Positions 10,119 to 21,584 of a DNA stretch of 64,000 nucleotides are shown piece by piece. Position 1 is the first letter of the stretch. Each line of letters opens with the position of its first letter. Below the pieces are notes generated by a model that was not told the origin of the DNA, searched no databases, and was given only the letters and a program-made list of their open reading frames with translations. Source of the stretch: an uncultured Nitrososphaeraceae archaeon (GTDB lineage Archaea > Thermoproteota > Nitrososphaeria > Nitrososphaerales > Nitrososphaeraceae); NCBI GenBank assembly GCA_963779615.1, contig CAVZZA010000003.1, positions 96,001 through 160,000 on the forward strand. The letters run 5' to 3'. A program made the position numbers and the translations under genes.

Positions 10119-11120
10119 TGCTTTGTTGCATAACTAGTAATCAAAAGACTATTTCCATTTGTTTATGCCTTTCCCCTAAGCACGTTATACAAATATACTT
10201 TCATTATCATCTCTTTCACCATGTTTTGAAGCTTGGTAGCAGACACATATTCTCCATAGGTTTTCTTCATAGAAGAGAATGCAGTCTCAGCCATCCATCG
10301 CTTCCCATACCTTCTTTTCTTTTTCCATTTGGGTAGATCATCTGTTGTTTGCAATTTGGCCTCTCTGTTCCTTATCTTGTTGTTTTTGGGTGAGATGATG
10401 GAACTCTTACTTACCCTTATTCCTGGCAGAATGTTTTTCTCTTGAAGACACTTGAAATTCTCATTGCCATTATAGGCCCCATCTGCCAGGACTGTTTTGA
10501 TATTGGCAGCGGCGTTATTTTGCTTTAACATGCGGTCAACCAATCCACACAACACTTTTCCATCATGCACCTTTTCATCAGCCACTTCTAAAGCAAGGAT
10601 TTCCTTGGTCTTTATGTTCACTGCAAAATGTATTTTGAGACAGCCTTTCTTTTTTTAACAAACCACTTGTCCCTTAGCCATTGGCCCCTGTTTGTTACCT
10701 TGATGCCAGTGCTATCTACTGCTATGATAACATCATCATCATCCAATTCACTACTGCTTCTACCACTATCAATGTCAAGGTTGTTTTTCCTTCTGTTGAT
10801 TTGTGAATAGCTGGGATGGCTTGGCAGGTTCTTTCCCGTTGTTGCCTTTATGATCCCTTCTGTTTGCCTATAAGGCAGGTGAAAGTAAACCCTGATGCAA
10901 CCAATAAAAAGAATAAGGGAATTTGGATACCTGTACTTTCTGCCTCCCTTCTTTTCATCCATCTCTTCAACCTCGGTATCACGCCATAAATCCAGAAAGT
11001 CACAGGCAAATAGAATCTCTCCCCTCTTCTTACCATGGACCGGTTATAGGAAGGCCAGTCAGTCAATAATGTTAGTCTAATTTAATCCCAGCTAAATAGA
11101 TTGAGTCATGCAACAAAGCA
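10119..11120 (-). mobile_element. IS5-family IS903-group element, transposase split into three frames
   Basis: TIRs TGCTTTGTTGCATAACT (10119-10135) and AGTCATGCAACAAAGCA (11104-11120), 16/17 match. TDWPSYN..RRGE, LPYRQTEG, AVDSTGIK, ADGAY and RWMAETAFS motifs. No TSD seen. Confidence 0.9.
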
Positions 11121-11206
11121 TAAAAATAACAACATATTAAAACTATGAATTATATGGTTCTGTTAACTTATTTATGGTGATATAATGGTTACGAATAATT
11201 ATTATA

Positions 11207-11861
11207 TTAAATACTTACTCTATCAAAACGGTTATAATTTGATGAATTTGTTTCTATAACCTCAAACGTGCATTCTTTGTAATCTATGGGATTTTCTTCA
11301 TCATGTTCATTGAGAACCATCATCTTGACACTATAATCACCTAATGGCGCATCATTAGGAATACCCCAAGTCCAATCAATCCAATCAATTGTTTTTATCC
11401 ATTTATTCAAAATACCGCTTTTATCATCCGAATTTGATATTGTACCTAGGACAATAAGACTTGGCACTCAATCCATTGTTACAAATATTGGGTGTGGTAT
11501 ATGTAAAATTATACAAGTGTTGGTATTTGGGGTCTTTTAAAGGCACAAAGATTTCATTCATAAAATATCCATTTTTTATCGTTCCTACATATTTAGAGCG
11601 AAAAGATATAGAGTCTTGACCTCTCACGTATATTTTCTTATTGACTATTTGTGCCTCAAATATGGGTTTTCTGAAAAATCTTGGAAAAATTTTTTTGATT
11701 ATTGTTTTGTCATTTTTATCATTTTTGAATACAATGCCAGTTAGGATTGTACTAATTGCACCAACCACTCCCAAAATATTGGATATGAGTGCTTCTACTT
11801 TGAATACATTGATAAGCACGCCTGTAAAAAAATACAAATAAGAATAAAATACAAATTCCAA
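11207..11861 (-). pseudogene. Membrane-anchored protein with probable Ig-like C-terminus, one frameshift near 11445
   Basis: Two overlapping ORFs; N-terminal TM segments; WTWGIPNDAPLGDYSV beta-sandwich-like motif. Confidence 0.5.
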
Positions 11862-12187
11862 TAATCGCGCCTATCCTCTTTAAATTCAAATTTGTTATTA
11901 TTGGGTAATAATTTATTCAATAATTATAGTATACCTTTTGCCTAAGCTATATACTTTGTTTTAGCATTTACCCATACTCAAAGTCGTTTTACCTAACACC
12001 CTTTTTTACGCATAAAAGAAGAAATTACTTGGGTCAATATTGGTAAATGTTTATCTATAACGCCTTAGTTAAGATCTGTAAATGCATTGGTAATGGTTAA
12101 TGTAAAGTAGTTGTAGTTATTTTACTTCATTTGTTTTTTAAAAACAGTATCAAATAAACGATTACTACAATCATCTCGTTTATGGAA

Positions 12188-12256
12188 ACAACCACAATTT
12201 GTTTACAACCACAATTTGTTTATAAACACAACTGGGCTACACATTACACAACTGTT
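12188..12256. repeat. 17-bp intergenic tandem repeat
   Basis: ACAACCACAATTTGTTT twice exactly (12188-12221), followed by two degenerate CACAAC-containing units. Confidence 0.8.
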
Positions 12257-12386
12257 AAGCAAGCCAAATTTAAAAATACAACAAAGAAATAAACGTCAAT
12301 GAATTTATTGCAATTCTGATTTTAACATGTTTCATCCACTCCATCAACAATAGTTGACAAAAATAAAGGAAAAGACATTTGTTTTC

Positions 12387-13307
12387 TTAAATCAAGTCTA
12401 ACAGACTTATCACCATAAAGTCGTTATCTTTTAGATATTTCATCTCTGACTTGAATAATTCAAAACTTGTAGTATAAAACCCGCTTGTTGTGTCAACATC
12501 ATGGTATATTATTATGGGGATTGCACCTATATCTTCACCATCATTATACTTGCTTTGGCTTTCAACCACATCGATGAATCTCTGCAACATTTGCTCATCA
12601 TCATATCCATGGTCTTCTCTTTCAGAGTCATGGCTCCATCCCATTATGGAATATTTACCATATTTTGCGTTGTCATTCAATGAATGGCAATTTATCTTCT
12701 CTTTTGGCAATGAGGAACTAGTTAAACCGCACTTTAGAAATGCCAGTGGATCGTTACCGGTCCTTGCCATCTCATAATGTTTGGCAACTTCTTTCAGTAT
12801 ATCAGGGTTATCTGAACCCCCATTTTTTGGATACGTGAATACTTTAACATCCCTAACGTCATTATCTAATAGGCATTTTTTTGAATCACTTATTTCATAA
12901 ATTGCCATATCCATTGGCATATCTTCAAGATCTGTATGACTCATTGAATGAGATGCTATGTCATATCCGTCTTTTTCCAACTGCTGTATATCATGCCAAT
13001 TCAAATGGTCGCTCATTGAGACATTATTGCATATAATAGAAAAGGTAGCAGGATAACCATAGGTGTCAAGTATCTGTTTGGCGTATTTCATTTGGCCTTT
13101 CTTCCCATCATCAAACGTAATAATTGCCAATTTTTTATCACCGTTGTTTAATGCATCATTTGATTCGTTACCAATGTTTTTGTCTTTGTCTGTTTGACCA
13201 AATACAACCATGTAATTAGATTCACTAAATACATTGGTGGTCACAATCATGCCAGATAAAATTGTAAGTAATATAGATCCCGATAACATGAAGTTAATAA
13301 AAACCAT
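12387..13307 (-). CDS. Secreted polysaccharide deacetylase (NodB/CE4)
   Basis: ITFDDG, ASHSMSH and FTYP motifs; circularly placed IIIYH; signal anchor. Confidence 0.9.
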   Translation of the reverse strand: MVFINFMLSGSILLTILSGMIVTTNVFSESNYMVVFGQTDKDKNIGNESNDALNNGDKKLAIITFDDGKKGQMKYAKQILDTYGYPATFSIICNNVSMSDHLNWHDIQQLEKDGYDIASHSMSHTDLEDMPMDMAIYEISDSKKCLLDNDVRDVKVFTYPKNGGSDNPDILKEVAKHYEMARTGNDPLAFLKCGLTSSSLPKEKINCHSLNDNAKYGKYSIMGWSHDSEREDHGYDDEQMLQRFIDVVESQSKYNDGEDIGAIPIIIYHDVDTTSGFYTTSFELFKSEMKYLKDNDFMVISLLDLI

Positions 13308-13494
13308 CCTTAATCTCTGCTCTCCTCCAAATAGTATTTTAGGGTTAGGTTGTCCTTCACAGGGATAGGAAGCTATAAAGAACCACATTTTTTGAATTGC
13401 ATCCCATAGGCGATTCTTTTATTTTTTTGGGGAATTATTAAATTTAAAGATATTGCAAATTGTAACAGTTTAAATAAATTTCAAACGTTGTTTT

Positions 13495-15924
13495 TTAATT
13501 ATTTTTGGTGTCTAGCGGTAGACTAAAAGAAAATGTTGCACCCTTTCCATCCTCATTGTTTTTTGCCCATATTCTTCCACCGTGGGCTTCTATTATATTT
13601 TTTGAGATAAATAGGCCAAGGCCAGTTCCCCTGTCTGATTTGGTGGCAAATTTGGTAAACAACTTGGGCAGTATTTCCTCATGGATACCACTTCCGGCAT
13701 CTTTCATTGTTATGACAGCGTACTTTTGGCCATTGATGAATTCTTTTTTTAATTCCATATCGATTTTCTCATCTTCATTTGTGAATTTAAATGCATTATC
13801 CAATAGATTGGAAACAACTTGGGACACCCTTGATCTGTCTACCTCAGCTAAAAAGGAATCGAAACTGCCATTTTTACTTAATTGTGCAAAGCCTAGCCTG
13901 GTTTTGCATCTTTCTCTGTCGGTTAAATGATGTCTACGACTATCTCCAACATTATCCATTATCTGCTTTTCGTATTCTGCCATGTGCTCAAGTAAAAACA
14001 TTCGGAGATCGACGGTCTCCTTATAAAGACTTAGAGAGTTTGTTTCAATCCTCGTAATGTCTAAAACATTTGCTGTCAATGATATCAGTTTTTTTGTGTT
14101 TCTTATAATAATGTCAACATAACTATTGATTTGGTTTTTGTTTATCAGTACTTCTTGTGAATTCTCTGATTCATTTTGGTTTATAATCCATTTGAGTGTT
14201 TGGGAAATTGCGAGTATTGGCTGGATTGGATTCCTAAACTCATGTGCCGCGATATGAATAAAGTCTTTCTGGAGTATTTCGTTTTTCTTTAGTTGTTGGT
14301 ATAGTTCGGTTTGTTCCCACAGGTTTTCAAATATTGAGACATAAGACAATACGCCTGCTTTGCTGTTTGAGTATGTCGATAACCCTATAGCTTCGTGAAA
14401 CGTTTCTTTTGTATCGTCCTTTAGCTCCATTACCAAGGATACTTTTTTGTCAACTACCAGGATGGTAGATCTTGTCTCTAATAACGTTTGGATATACCTT
14501 ACTTGAACATTGTTGTTGTTGTTGTTTGCGTTGTTCATTAAGTAGTTGTGTTTTTCCAGTCTTTCAATCAACTCTACAGTGTTTTTACTTTTAGGAATCA
14601 GCACCCTTACTTTTACGCTTCTAGCTGATGAGGCGTCTATTATCCAGTCAATTAATCCTATTTTGTGCTGTCTTAGAAATGCATTAGAGGTGGGAAGCAT
14701 TAGCATAATCTCCTTATTTGCCGATCTCAATAAATCCAAATAGGCATTTTCAGCGTTAGTCGACCTCGATATCACTTCCACCCTTTCAGTATCAAGTCCC
14801 CTCTCAATGTCCTCTATAATGTCTATCGCATCAATGCCATTTTTCCACAGCTCCTCAAATACGGTTTGGTATTGAGTGATGTAAAGACCATCATTGCTTG
14901 TAATAATACTGTTAATGGTTTTTCTGCCTTCTTTACGATCGATTTTCTCTGCATTTGAAATGAAAACTTTGTCAGTTACTAGAAAGTTTATTGGAGGCAG
15001 GTCTCTTACGCTTCTGATTTTGATCCCAATGTCCATGAATAGCTTGACCAAAGCCGCATCCTCTTTACAGCTTATATTTGTAATCCACCGTACGCCGTCG
15101 TGACATTCCCTGTCATACTTATCCATTATTTCTTGATACATTCCGAAAAAGGAATCGTGTAATATTTTCAGCAAACCAGTATCCGAGCAAACTAATATTT
15201 CCTCACTGCCTTTACTCAACGACTTTATTTTATTGCATATGTCATCTGTATCGTCCAGGACTTTGGTTTCTATTCTTTGGACTCCCTCCTCAATCTCCCT
15301 TATCCTTTGTGCTGCAGGTATGGCATTGGCCCAAAAACTTTTGAAAACGAGCTGCTGCTGCTCTACTATTTCCTTTACATTGCTATGAATAAGGTGGGAT
15401 ACGGGTTTAGCTTCTTGCAAATTGGCCGTGGCAATAAATTCAATTTCGGTTACTGCCATTCCCCCTTTTGCACTGTCCATGTGGCGCACCTCTGCTATCT
15501 TCATTAGCTCTTTGCAGTAATTGATATTGTGCTTTGTAATTTCAGATATGTACCGTATTTTGACACCCCTCTTATGCGCGTTTCTAAAACCTTTTCTCAA
15601 TTGCTCTATGCCCATTGCTATTGTGGGACCATTGGAGTCTGCATAATTGTCCCATATACTTCTTGCATTGTCTAGTGTTTGCAGAATCAATTCTGTGGTT
15701 TTATCTTCACCATAGACAACCATCGTTTTTTCTTTTAGCGTGGCATTGCCATTGTTATCCATATCACCATTGGAGGTTTCGTGAGTGGCATTGTGGGAAT
15801 CTTTGTCTTTGTTGTTTAAAGGTAAATTTTCACCATTTTCAATGGAATTAAAAGATGATTTATCATATCCATTACCAATATCATCACAGTTTTTTTCTTC
15901 ATCGATATTGATTTTAAAGTTCAA
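13495..15924 (-). CDS. Cytoplasmic sensor histidine kinase with repeated TrmB/PLD-like input domains (Nitrososphaera type)
   Basis: H-box AAHEFRNP, N-box NLLDNAFKF, G-boxes DAGSG and GTGLGL; input domains end in F..LW. Confidence 0.93.
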   Translation of the reverse strand: MNFKINIDEEKNCDDIGNGYDKSSFNSIENGENLPLNNKDKDSHNATHETSNGDMDNNGNATLKEKTMVVYGEDKTTELILQTLDNARSIWDNYADSNGPTIAMGIEQLRKGFRNAHKRGVKIRYISEITKHNINYCKELMKIAEVRHMDSAKGGMAVTEIEFIATANLQEAKPVSHLIHSNVKEIVEQQQLVFKSFWANAIPAAQRIREIEEGVQRIETKVLDDTDDICNKIKSLSKGSEEILVCSDTGLLKILHDSFFGMYQEIMDKYDRECHDGVRWITNISCKEDAALVKLFMDIGIKIRSVRDLPPINFLVTDKVFISNAEKIDRKEGRKTINSIITSNDGLYITQYQTVFEELWKNGIDAIDIIEDIERGLDTERVEVISRSTNAENAYLDLLRSANKEIMLMLPTSNAFLRQHKIGLIDWIIDASSARSVKVRVLIPKSKNTVELIERLEKHNYLMNNANNNNNNVQVRYIQTLLETRSTILVVDKKVSLVMELKDDTKETFHEAIGLSTYSNSKAGVLSYVSIFENLWEQTELYQQLKKNEILQKDFIHIAAHEFRNPIQPILAISQTLKWIINQNESENSQEVLINKNQINSYVDIIIRNTKKLISLTANVLDITRIETNSLSLYKETVDLRMFLLEHMAEYEKQIMDNVGDSRRHHLTDRERCKTRLGFAQLSKNGSFDSFLAEVDRSRVSQVVSNLLDNAFKFTNEDEKIDMELKKEFINGQKYAVITMKDAGSGIHEEILPKLFTKFATKSDRGTGLGLFISKNIIEAHGGRIWAKNNEDGKGATFSFSLPLDTKNN

Positions 15925-16245
15925 TACCTAACAATACCATATAATAACAATATGATATAAACATATCCATATTTGTTTCCATTTCTGCAAAAAAATGAGT
16001 TAAAATTTATCTAATTTAGATTCGCAATATACCTATTATTAAACTCCCAGGTCGATTACAATAATGGAGTTAATCAGTTTAATAATATCTATCTGGAGGA
16101 GGAGGAAAAGTATGAAAAATCTTAATCTGATATTATTTTCAAAATCCCAAATGGGGCATATCATTTATTTATTAAAACACTAGTGATAAAAAAACTACTT
16201 TATTTTGATGCAAGTTTAATATGTTACAGGCATTAAAGATGATAA

Positions 16246-16599
16246 ATGCAAAGAAGTAGACCTTTGGGTGTTACAATAATTGCCATACTTGCTGTTATAG
16301 GAGGTATTGGTTCATTATTAAGTGGATTTGCAGTAATAGCGATAATACCATTACTCGGTATAATCATTGGGGGGCTTCTCATTATAATTGGATTAGCATA
16401 TTTTGTTGTGGCTTATGGACTGTGGAAAGGGCTAAACTGGGCTTGGAATATAACCTTGATAGTATCTGCAATAGGGATTATCGCGGGTTTAGGATCGATT
16501 GCAGTTGGAAATCCAGGAGCAATATTCCATTTAATAGTCAATTTTATTGTCATTTATTATCTGTACCGACCAAATGTCAAGGCGTATTTTGGAAAATAA
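16246..16599 (+). CDS. Small 4-TM membrane protein
   Basis: RPLGVTIIAIL N-terminus, AYGLW, and YYLYRPNVKAYF C-terminus typical of a conserved archaeal membrane family. Confidence 0.8.
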   Translation: MQRSRPLGVTIIAILAVIGGIGSLLSGFAVIAIIPLLGIIIGGLLIIIGLAYFVVAYGLWKGLNWAWNITLIVSAIGIIAGLGSIAVGNPGAIFHLIVNFIVIYYLYRPNVKAYFGK

Positions 16600-17032
16600 A
16601 TACACCACCATTTTTTATGCAGAACCTTTCCTTTTTCGTTTACTCCGTGTATCTGTAATTCCGTTAAAGTACGAAATGCAAAGTTTTTGATTTTACTCTT
16701 TTTTTAGTAAAGATAATAAATTACTCCATAATTGCTGTAGCGAGATAATACATTAATCTATTTTGATGGTCAAACTGTAAATAAACAGATCCCTTGCATA
16801 ATACCATAATGTCCTTATTGGAAAATATCTTTACATCATATATTTTGAGATTCCATTTTAAAAAAGACACATCCATGTTTTGTCAAATCAATTGACACCA
16901 TCATCGCTGCAAAAGCCAATAGCAACAAGAGAAGTGAGATGTGGTATGGATTTAGTGGAAAAGACATGCAATGCAAATAAAAGATGATTTGGATGGCATT
17001 GTGGTTTTCTTATATCTTAATTATAAAATTAA

Positions 17033-17521
17033 TTAATCTGCTTTATTTTCACACATTTTTGACATTGCTTCTTCTGCTGCTTTGTTCATCTCTTCTGGAC
17101 TGAGGTCTTTTACATGAGTAGAAATTGACCATCTGTGTCCAAAGGGGTCTTCGATGCTACCATGTCTGTCTCCCCAAAATTGATCTGCAACCGGATCCAA
17201 TACCTTTGCACCTTCGTTAACCGCCTGGTTAAAGGTTTTGTCCACATCTTCCACATACAAGAATATTCCGCCTGAACTTCCACCTAAAGTTGCAGGTGAA
17301 GGGTTTTCCATCTCCGGAATTTCATCTGACAACATTAATTTGGAATCACCTATCTCAAGTTCTGCATGGGCTAACGCTTTTCCGTCTGGAGTCATCATAC
17401 GCATTAGTTCTTTGGCTCCAAATGCTTTTTTATAAAAGTCTATGGCCCTTGCACCACCTTTTACATTCAGGTAGGGTGTAATAGAACGATACCCATCTGG
17501 AATTTTTTTCACTTGGCTCAT
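17033..17521 (-). CDS. VOC/PhnB-like glyoxalase-bleomycin resistance protein
   Basis: IPDGY.SITPYL, AIDFYKKAFGA, HAEL.IGDS and DQFWGDR.G...DPFGHRW motifs. The start is ATG 17521, because the ORF-track start lies inside the IS6 TIR. Confidence 0.92.
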   Translation of the reverse strand: MSQVKKIPDGYRSITPYLNVKGGARAIDFYKKAFGAKELMRMMTPDGKALAHAELEIGDSKLMLSDEIPEMENPSPATLGGSSGGIFLYVEDVDKTFNQAVNEGAKVLDPVADQFWGDRHGSIEDPFGHRWSISTHVKDLSPEEMNKAAEEAMSKMCENKAD

Positions 17522-17569
17522 AGATAACTCCATACAATTATAGGTTATAAGCATACAAGGGAGTAAAAG

Positions 17570-18234
17570 GGCTCTGTTCACTTAACGAAATCTTATAGCT
17601 TGAAGATGCACAATTTCCTTTGTGCACAGTAGAAACAGAACACCTTCACAATACATTGGTTATGGCCTGTACTTTTATTTTTCAGGACTCTCCTTAAGAA
17701 TAGCCTCTGAAAGGCTGTCATCATGCTTTATCAAGCGAAACCATGTTTCCATCTGGAACTGGATACAATAGCACAACCCAAGGAAGTCGTCCTCAAGTAA
17801 AAGGAGGGTTGAGGAGTTTATTGTTGATGGAACATTGCTTAAGATTGGTTCAGAGTTGGTATGGCTTTGGGTGGCAATTGAGCCTGCCAACAAAGAGATT
17901 CTCTCAATAAGCATATCCAAGGAGAGAAACATGTTTGTGGCCGAGCGTTTCCTGTACCGCCTATTGGAAAAGCATGGGGAGCATCCTGTTTCGACCGATG
18001 GCGGAACATGGTATCCGCAGGCCTGTCAGTTTTTGAAACCAAGGCATCACATGCATTCACCTTATGAGAAAAGCATCATTGAGAGAACAATGCAGTACAT
18101 CAAGGACAGGACGGAAAGCTTTGATGACTATTTTCCATGTAAAAAGAAAAACTGTAAACTCAAGCATGTAAATAATTGGTTGAACCTATTTGCGGATTTG
18201 CATACAAGGGATTATCCATTAAATGAACAGAGCC
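17570..18234 (+). mobile_element. IS6-family element (665 bp), transposase with a nonsense mutation
   Basis: TIRs GGCTCTGTTCACTTAA / TTAAATGAACAGAGCC; perfect 8-bp TSD AGTAAAAG (17562-17569, 18235-18242); ORF from GTG 17622 with in-frame TAG at 17769; WLWVAIEP, STDGG and IER..Q..KDR motifs. Confidence 0.95.
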
Positions 18235-18652
18235 AGTAAAAGCATAGTTGGATGTTCATGCAATCAATCCACTCAATAGGTCATCAAAAACTTTATTAAA
18301 AAAAAAGATATGTTTGATTTAACAAAAGTGTTCATAAAAACACTTGTTCAAACATTTTCTAAAAACAAAAAATTTTAGCAAATAAATTAACTAGGTTATG
18401 CCATAATTTTTATTTTTTTATCAATTTCTGATAGAATCCAATCCCTTTTGATAATTGCTTTATGAGGTATAAAGAATTCTACAGATTAACATCTTCAAGC
18501 GTGTGAATTTCTTCGATTACCTGATCAAGTTCAAATATACTCCAAGTAACAGTTTGATAATCAATCGAATCCTTATAATGTATCATTGGCAAGGCAACAA
18601 CAAAGTAAACTCCATGATTTTAAAACAACAAAACTATTGATTCCACTTTATT

Positions 18653-18690
18653 CGCCGGGAGTGGGACTCGAATCCATACCGCCCGCTAAC
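18653..18690 (-). other. Degenerate 3' half of a tRNA (probably Asn-GTT), att-like scar
   Basis: Minus strand reads GTTAGCGGGCGGTATGGA-TTCGAGT-CCCAC-TCCCGGC-G: T-loop, T-stem, acceptor strand and discriminator. No 5' half is present. Confidence 0.7.
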
Positions 18691-18946
18691 AAAAAAATCC
18701 ATTATAGTTTTTAATTATGAGAGGAGAAAATGAGATCTGACTCCGCTATTTGCATTCCGGGGTTTATGCATAATCAAATGAATTCAAATATCATAATCAA
18801 GATTTTCTATCTAATCAAGAAAGGGGATTTTATTCATCCAAGATTTAATTCATCCAATAGTATTGATATTTTAGTTTTAGTGGCACTGCTTGCCCAATAC
18901 TATCTATTAAGATATAAAATGTCACAATGAATCAATACTGGTTCCC

Positions 18947-19195
18947 TCAACCATATACAAACTCTATCAAAATTGAATCAGCATAATCTTTTATCTTTAA
19001 TCTTTTCACCAATATCTCAAGGTCAGTGTCTTTATCCAAAAGCCTTTTGTCCTTAATTGCTACATATTGATTTTTGTGATATTTTTTGAAATATTCACAA
19101 TTTGAATAAAACCAATCCAAGTTATCATTTAACCTTTCCAATTTTTCTGATTCATTTGTTTTATCGGAATTTTTAAAAATTCCTTCTATTTGCAT
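18947..19195 (-). CDS. DUF5678-like small protein
   Basis: NLDWF......FKKYHKNQYVAIKD...LD.DTDLE.L pattern. Confidence 0.7.
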   Translation of the reverse strand: MQIEGIFKNSDKTNESEKLERLNDNLDWFYSNCEYFKKYHKNQYVAIKDKRLLDKDTDLEILVKRLKIKDYADSILIEFVYG

Positions 19196-19799
19196 TGCTA
19201 TTTTACATTGTTAACAAAGATAAACTTTCCTTTCATTTTCCTTTATAATCAATAAAAGAATATTGATTTATCTTAACAATTGTTAAATAAAACGTTCAAA
19301 AGTGTTTCGAAATATTCCAGATACTAAATCGAGTACTCAATAGCAGGAGGGATTCGTTGGCCCTGTTCACCTAAGCGTCTTTAATTCTTCTTATGAACTT
19401 CTGCAAACATATTCAACCATGGATTGCACGTCTTAGTTTGCATTTCTTTTTTTTACTGCTGGGAAAGTTTTGTTGATGTCGGTTAACCCTAGATTAACCT
19501 TAAAAACGCCGTTTCCAGAAACATCGTTTGCAAATTTGGTTATAAATGGCCCATTTATTTTGATGGCAGCCGATACAAAAGAAACAACATTTTCATCATT
19601 GCCAGATTATTGCAGTGGCAAAATTGTTGATGCAGTAAAAGCCAAAAACACAATTGCTGAAAATTTAATTGGTGATAAAACAGTCATTCTAGTGATTCTG
19701 TGTGCTATGTTAAAAATTGTTGCTATGAACTTTATTTTTATTGCATGTTAATTTGTTTCATCGTTTATAATAAATAATTTAAGTGATGTGTGAAAAAGG

Positions 19800-20697
19800 T
19801 TAAGGGGACATGGGTGGCATTATCTCTCTAATGGATACAATGGCATAATCGACTTTTTTAAAACCATCTATTCTGGAGGTGAACATCCCACCCCATAATG
19901 GAGGTTTGTCATAGTCAACAACTTTTCCGTCTACCGTACCGCTATCAGTTGCATATACTTGTTCCTGAAGTGGATCCCAATTGTTTTTTGGGTTACCATT
20001 ATCACAAAAAGGATTCCAATCAACATAATCCCTTGCTGTTACTGATTGATTATCTTGATTTGTCCAAACCATTGTTTTTCTTCCAATCCATTTGCCTTCT
20101 TTTGAATTGTTATTTGCGGCAAATCTTTTAGTTTTTTTCCCACCATGACCTGGCAAATAATCAGGATGATTATATTCCATATTGGATACTAAGGTATTGC
20201 TTCCACCACCGATTTTAAACGCCAACTCAATGCAACTCGCTCTCGGATCATGATCATCCGTATGTATTCCTCCCCTCATTTTGGATGAACATTCAGTATG
20301 ATTTGCTGCTATACCATTTCCATGAACCTTATCATTAAGCTCTAAAATAATATGTAAATTCTGCATTTCTGTTGTCATTTGAAGTCCATATGAATTGAGG
20401 GTTGTCTTTCCATGTATTCTTTTGATCTCCATCCAGTCCACCGCCTCCATTGATATTGACCCTTACAGTTTTTCCAACAGAATGATCAGAATAATGAACA
20501 TCGTTTGCTCTAACTCTGTAAAAAGCTATGTTGTTTTCAGTTTTTCTATCTGCTGAATTATCATCTGTTGAGATAAATATTCCTGATGTTATACCATGTG
20601 CATCTGACAAGTAAAATTCAGATCCACCTGGTTTGGTTTCAAACAACATTTTTACTCCATTTTTATCTAAATTATTGGTCGACACTATAAATTGCAC
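19800..20697 (-). pseudogene. Beta-rich uncharacterised protein (possible jelly-roll/carbohydrate-active fold), one frameshift near 20338
   Basis: DKNGVKMLFETKPGG N-terminus. Removing one T joins EFTYYFRA to NDKVHG...KMRGGIHT...KWIGRKT...RIDG. Confidence 0.6.
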
Positions 20698-21205
20698 CTG
20701 TGGCTAATAAAGAGGACATATTTTTTTAAACATGACAATTAATATATTATATATAAGTATTTAAGGGTATTGAGATTGAAAACCAAAATCAAAAGAATTT
20801 TGTATTGGTATGAAATAGATGCTTTTAATACATTATTAGTTGTATCTGCAATCATGATTGCAGATGCCTTGCTGCAATTCCCACACTGAAGCAGTCAAAA
20901 GCTTTTGAACAATCCAAAATAATGCGTATCTCTATCTTGAAAATCCTTTGGGCGTGTGACAGTGTGACAAATGTTCCGGTCAGGTGGCACTATCATGTAC
21001 TTTAACATCAGAAACCTGATAGTATTTGGAATTATTAAATGGTATTATTTGATAGGAATATACTCCAGATAACAATTTTCACCGACATCTAAATTTATTA
21101 TTTGAGTCCCAAAATTTTTATTCATTTTATAAATTCTCGTTGTACCACACTAAAACAAAATTAGCCAGAGATAGACTGTCCTTTTCTTTGTTAGTCAAAT
21201 TTGTC

Positions 21206-21220
21206 ATGGGCCCAAGGGGG
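21206..21220 (-). repeat. tRNA 3'-end fragment, direct repeat copy 1 (att-like)
   Basis: ATGGGCCCAAGGGGG, identical to 26128-26142. Confidence 0.7.
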
Positions 21221-21584
21221 CTAATGCAGATATCGGTTCTTTAAATCAGGTTCTGTTGTTGCTGACGGATACAGAGATATAAAACTTGCTGGTTTTCAAT
21301 TCTTTAAAACAATAACAAGAGATTTAACTGTCTTACCCGGTTTGACAAATATTCTTGGATATATAAAAAGAACAGAGATTTTACAAATATAAACTTGCAG
21401 AAACGGCTAACGCAGGTATGTGTTATCTATCCTGGTTTCGGTAGAAAGGAAATTCTAAATATGTGGATTTTGTTATTCCTAAAAAGCAAGTCGTTCACAT
21501 AGTGCTAGATTAACGTGGACATTCTTCGAGTTATCTTAACAAATATTATAGCCTATAAAAGACATTATATACAATGTAAAATGG

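Noticed and set aside
17769-17771. In-frame TAG in the IS6 transposase as pyrrolysine or programmed readthrough
   Set aside because: A single nonsense change in a decaying IS is simpler; there is no pyl context.
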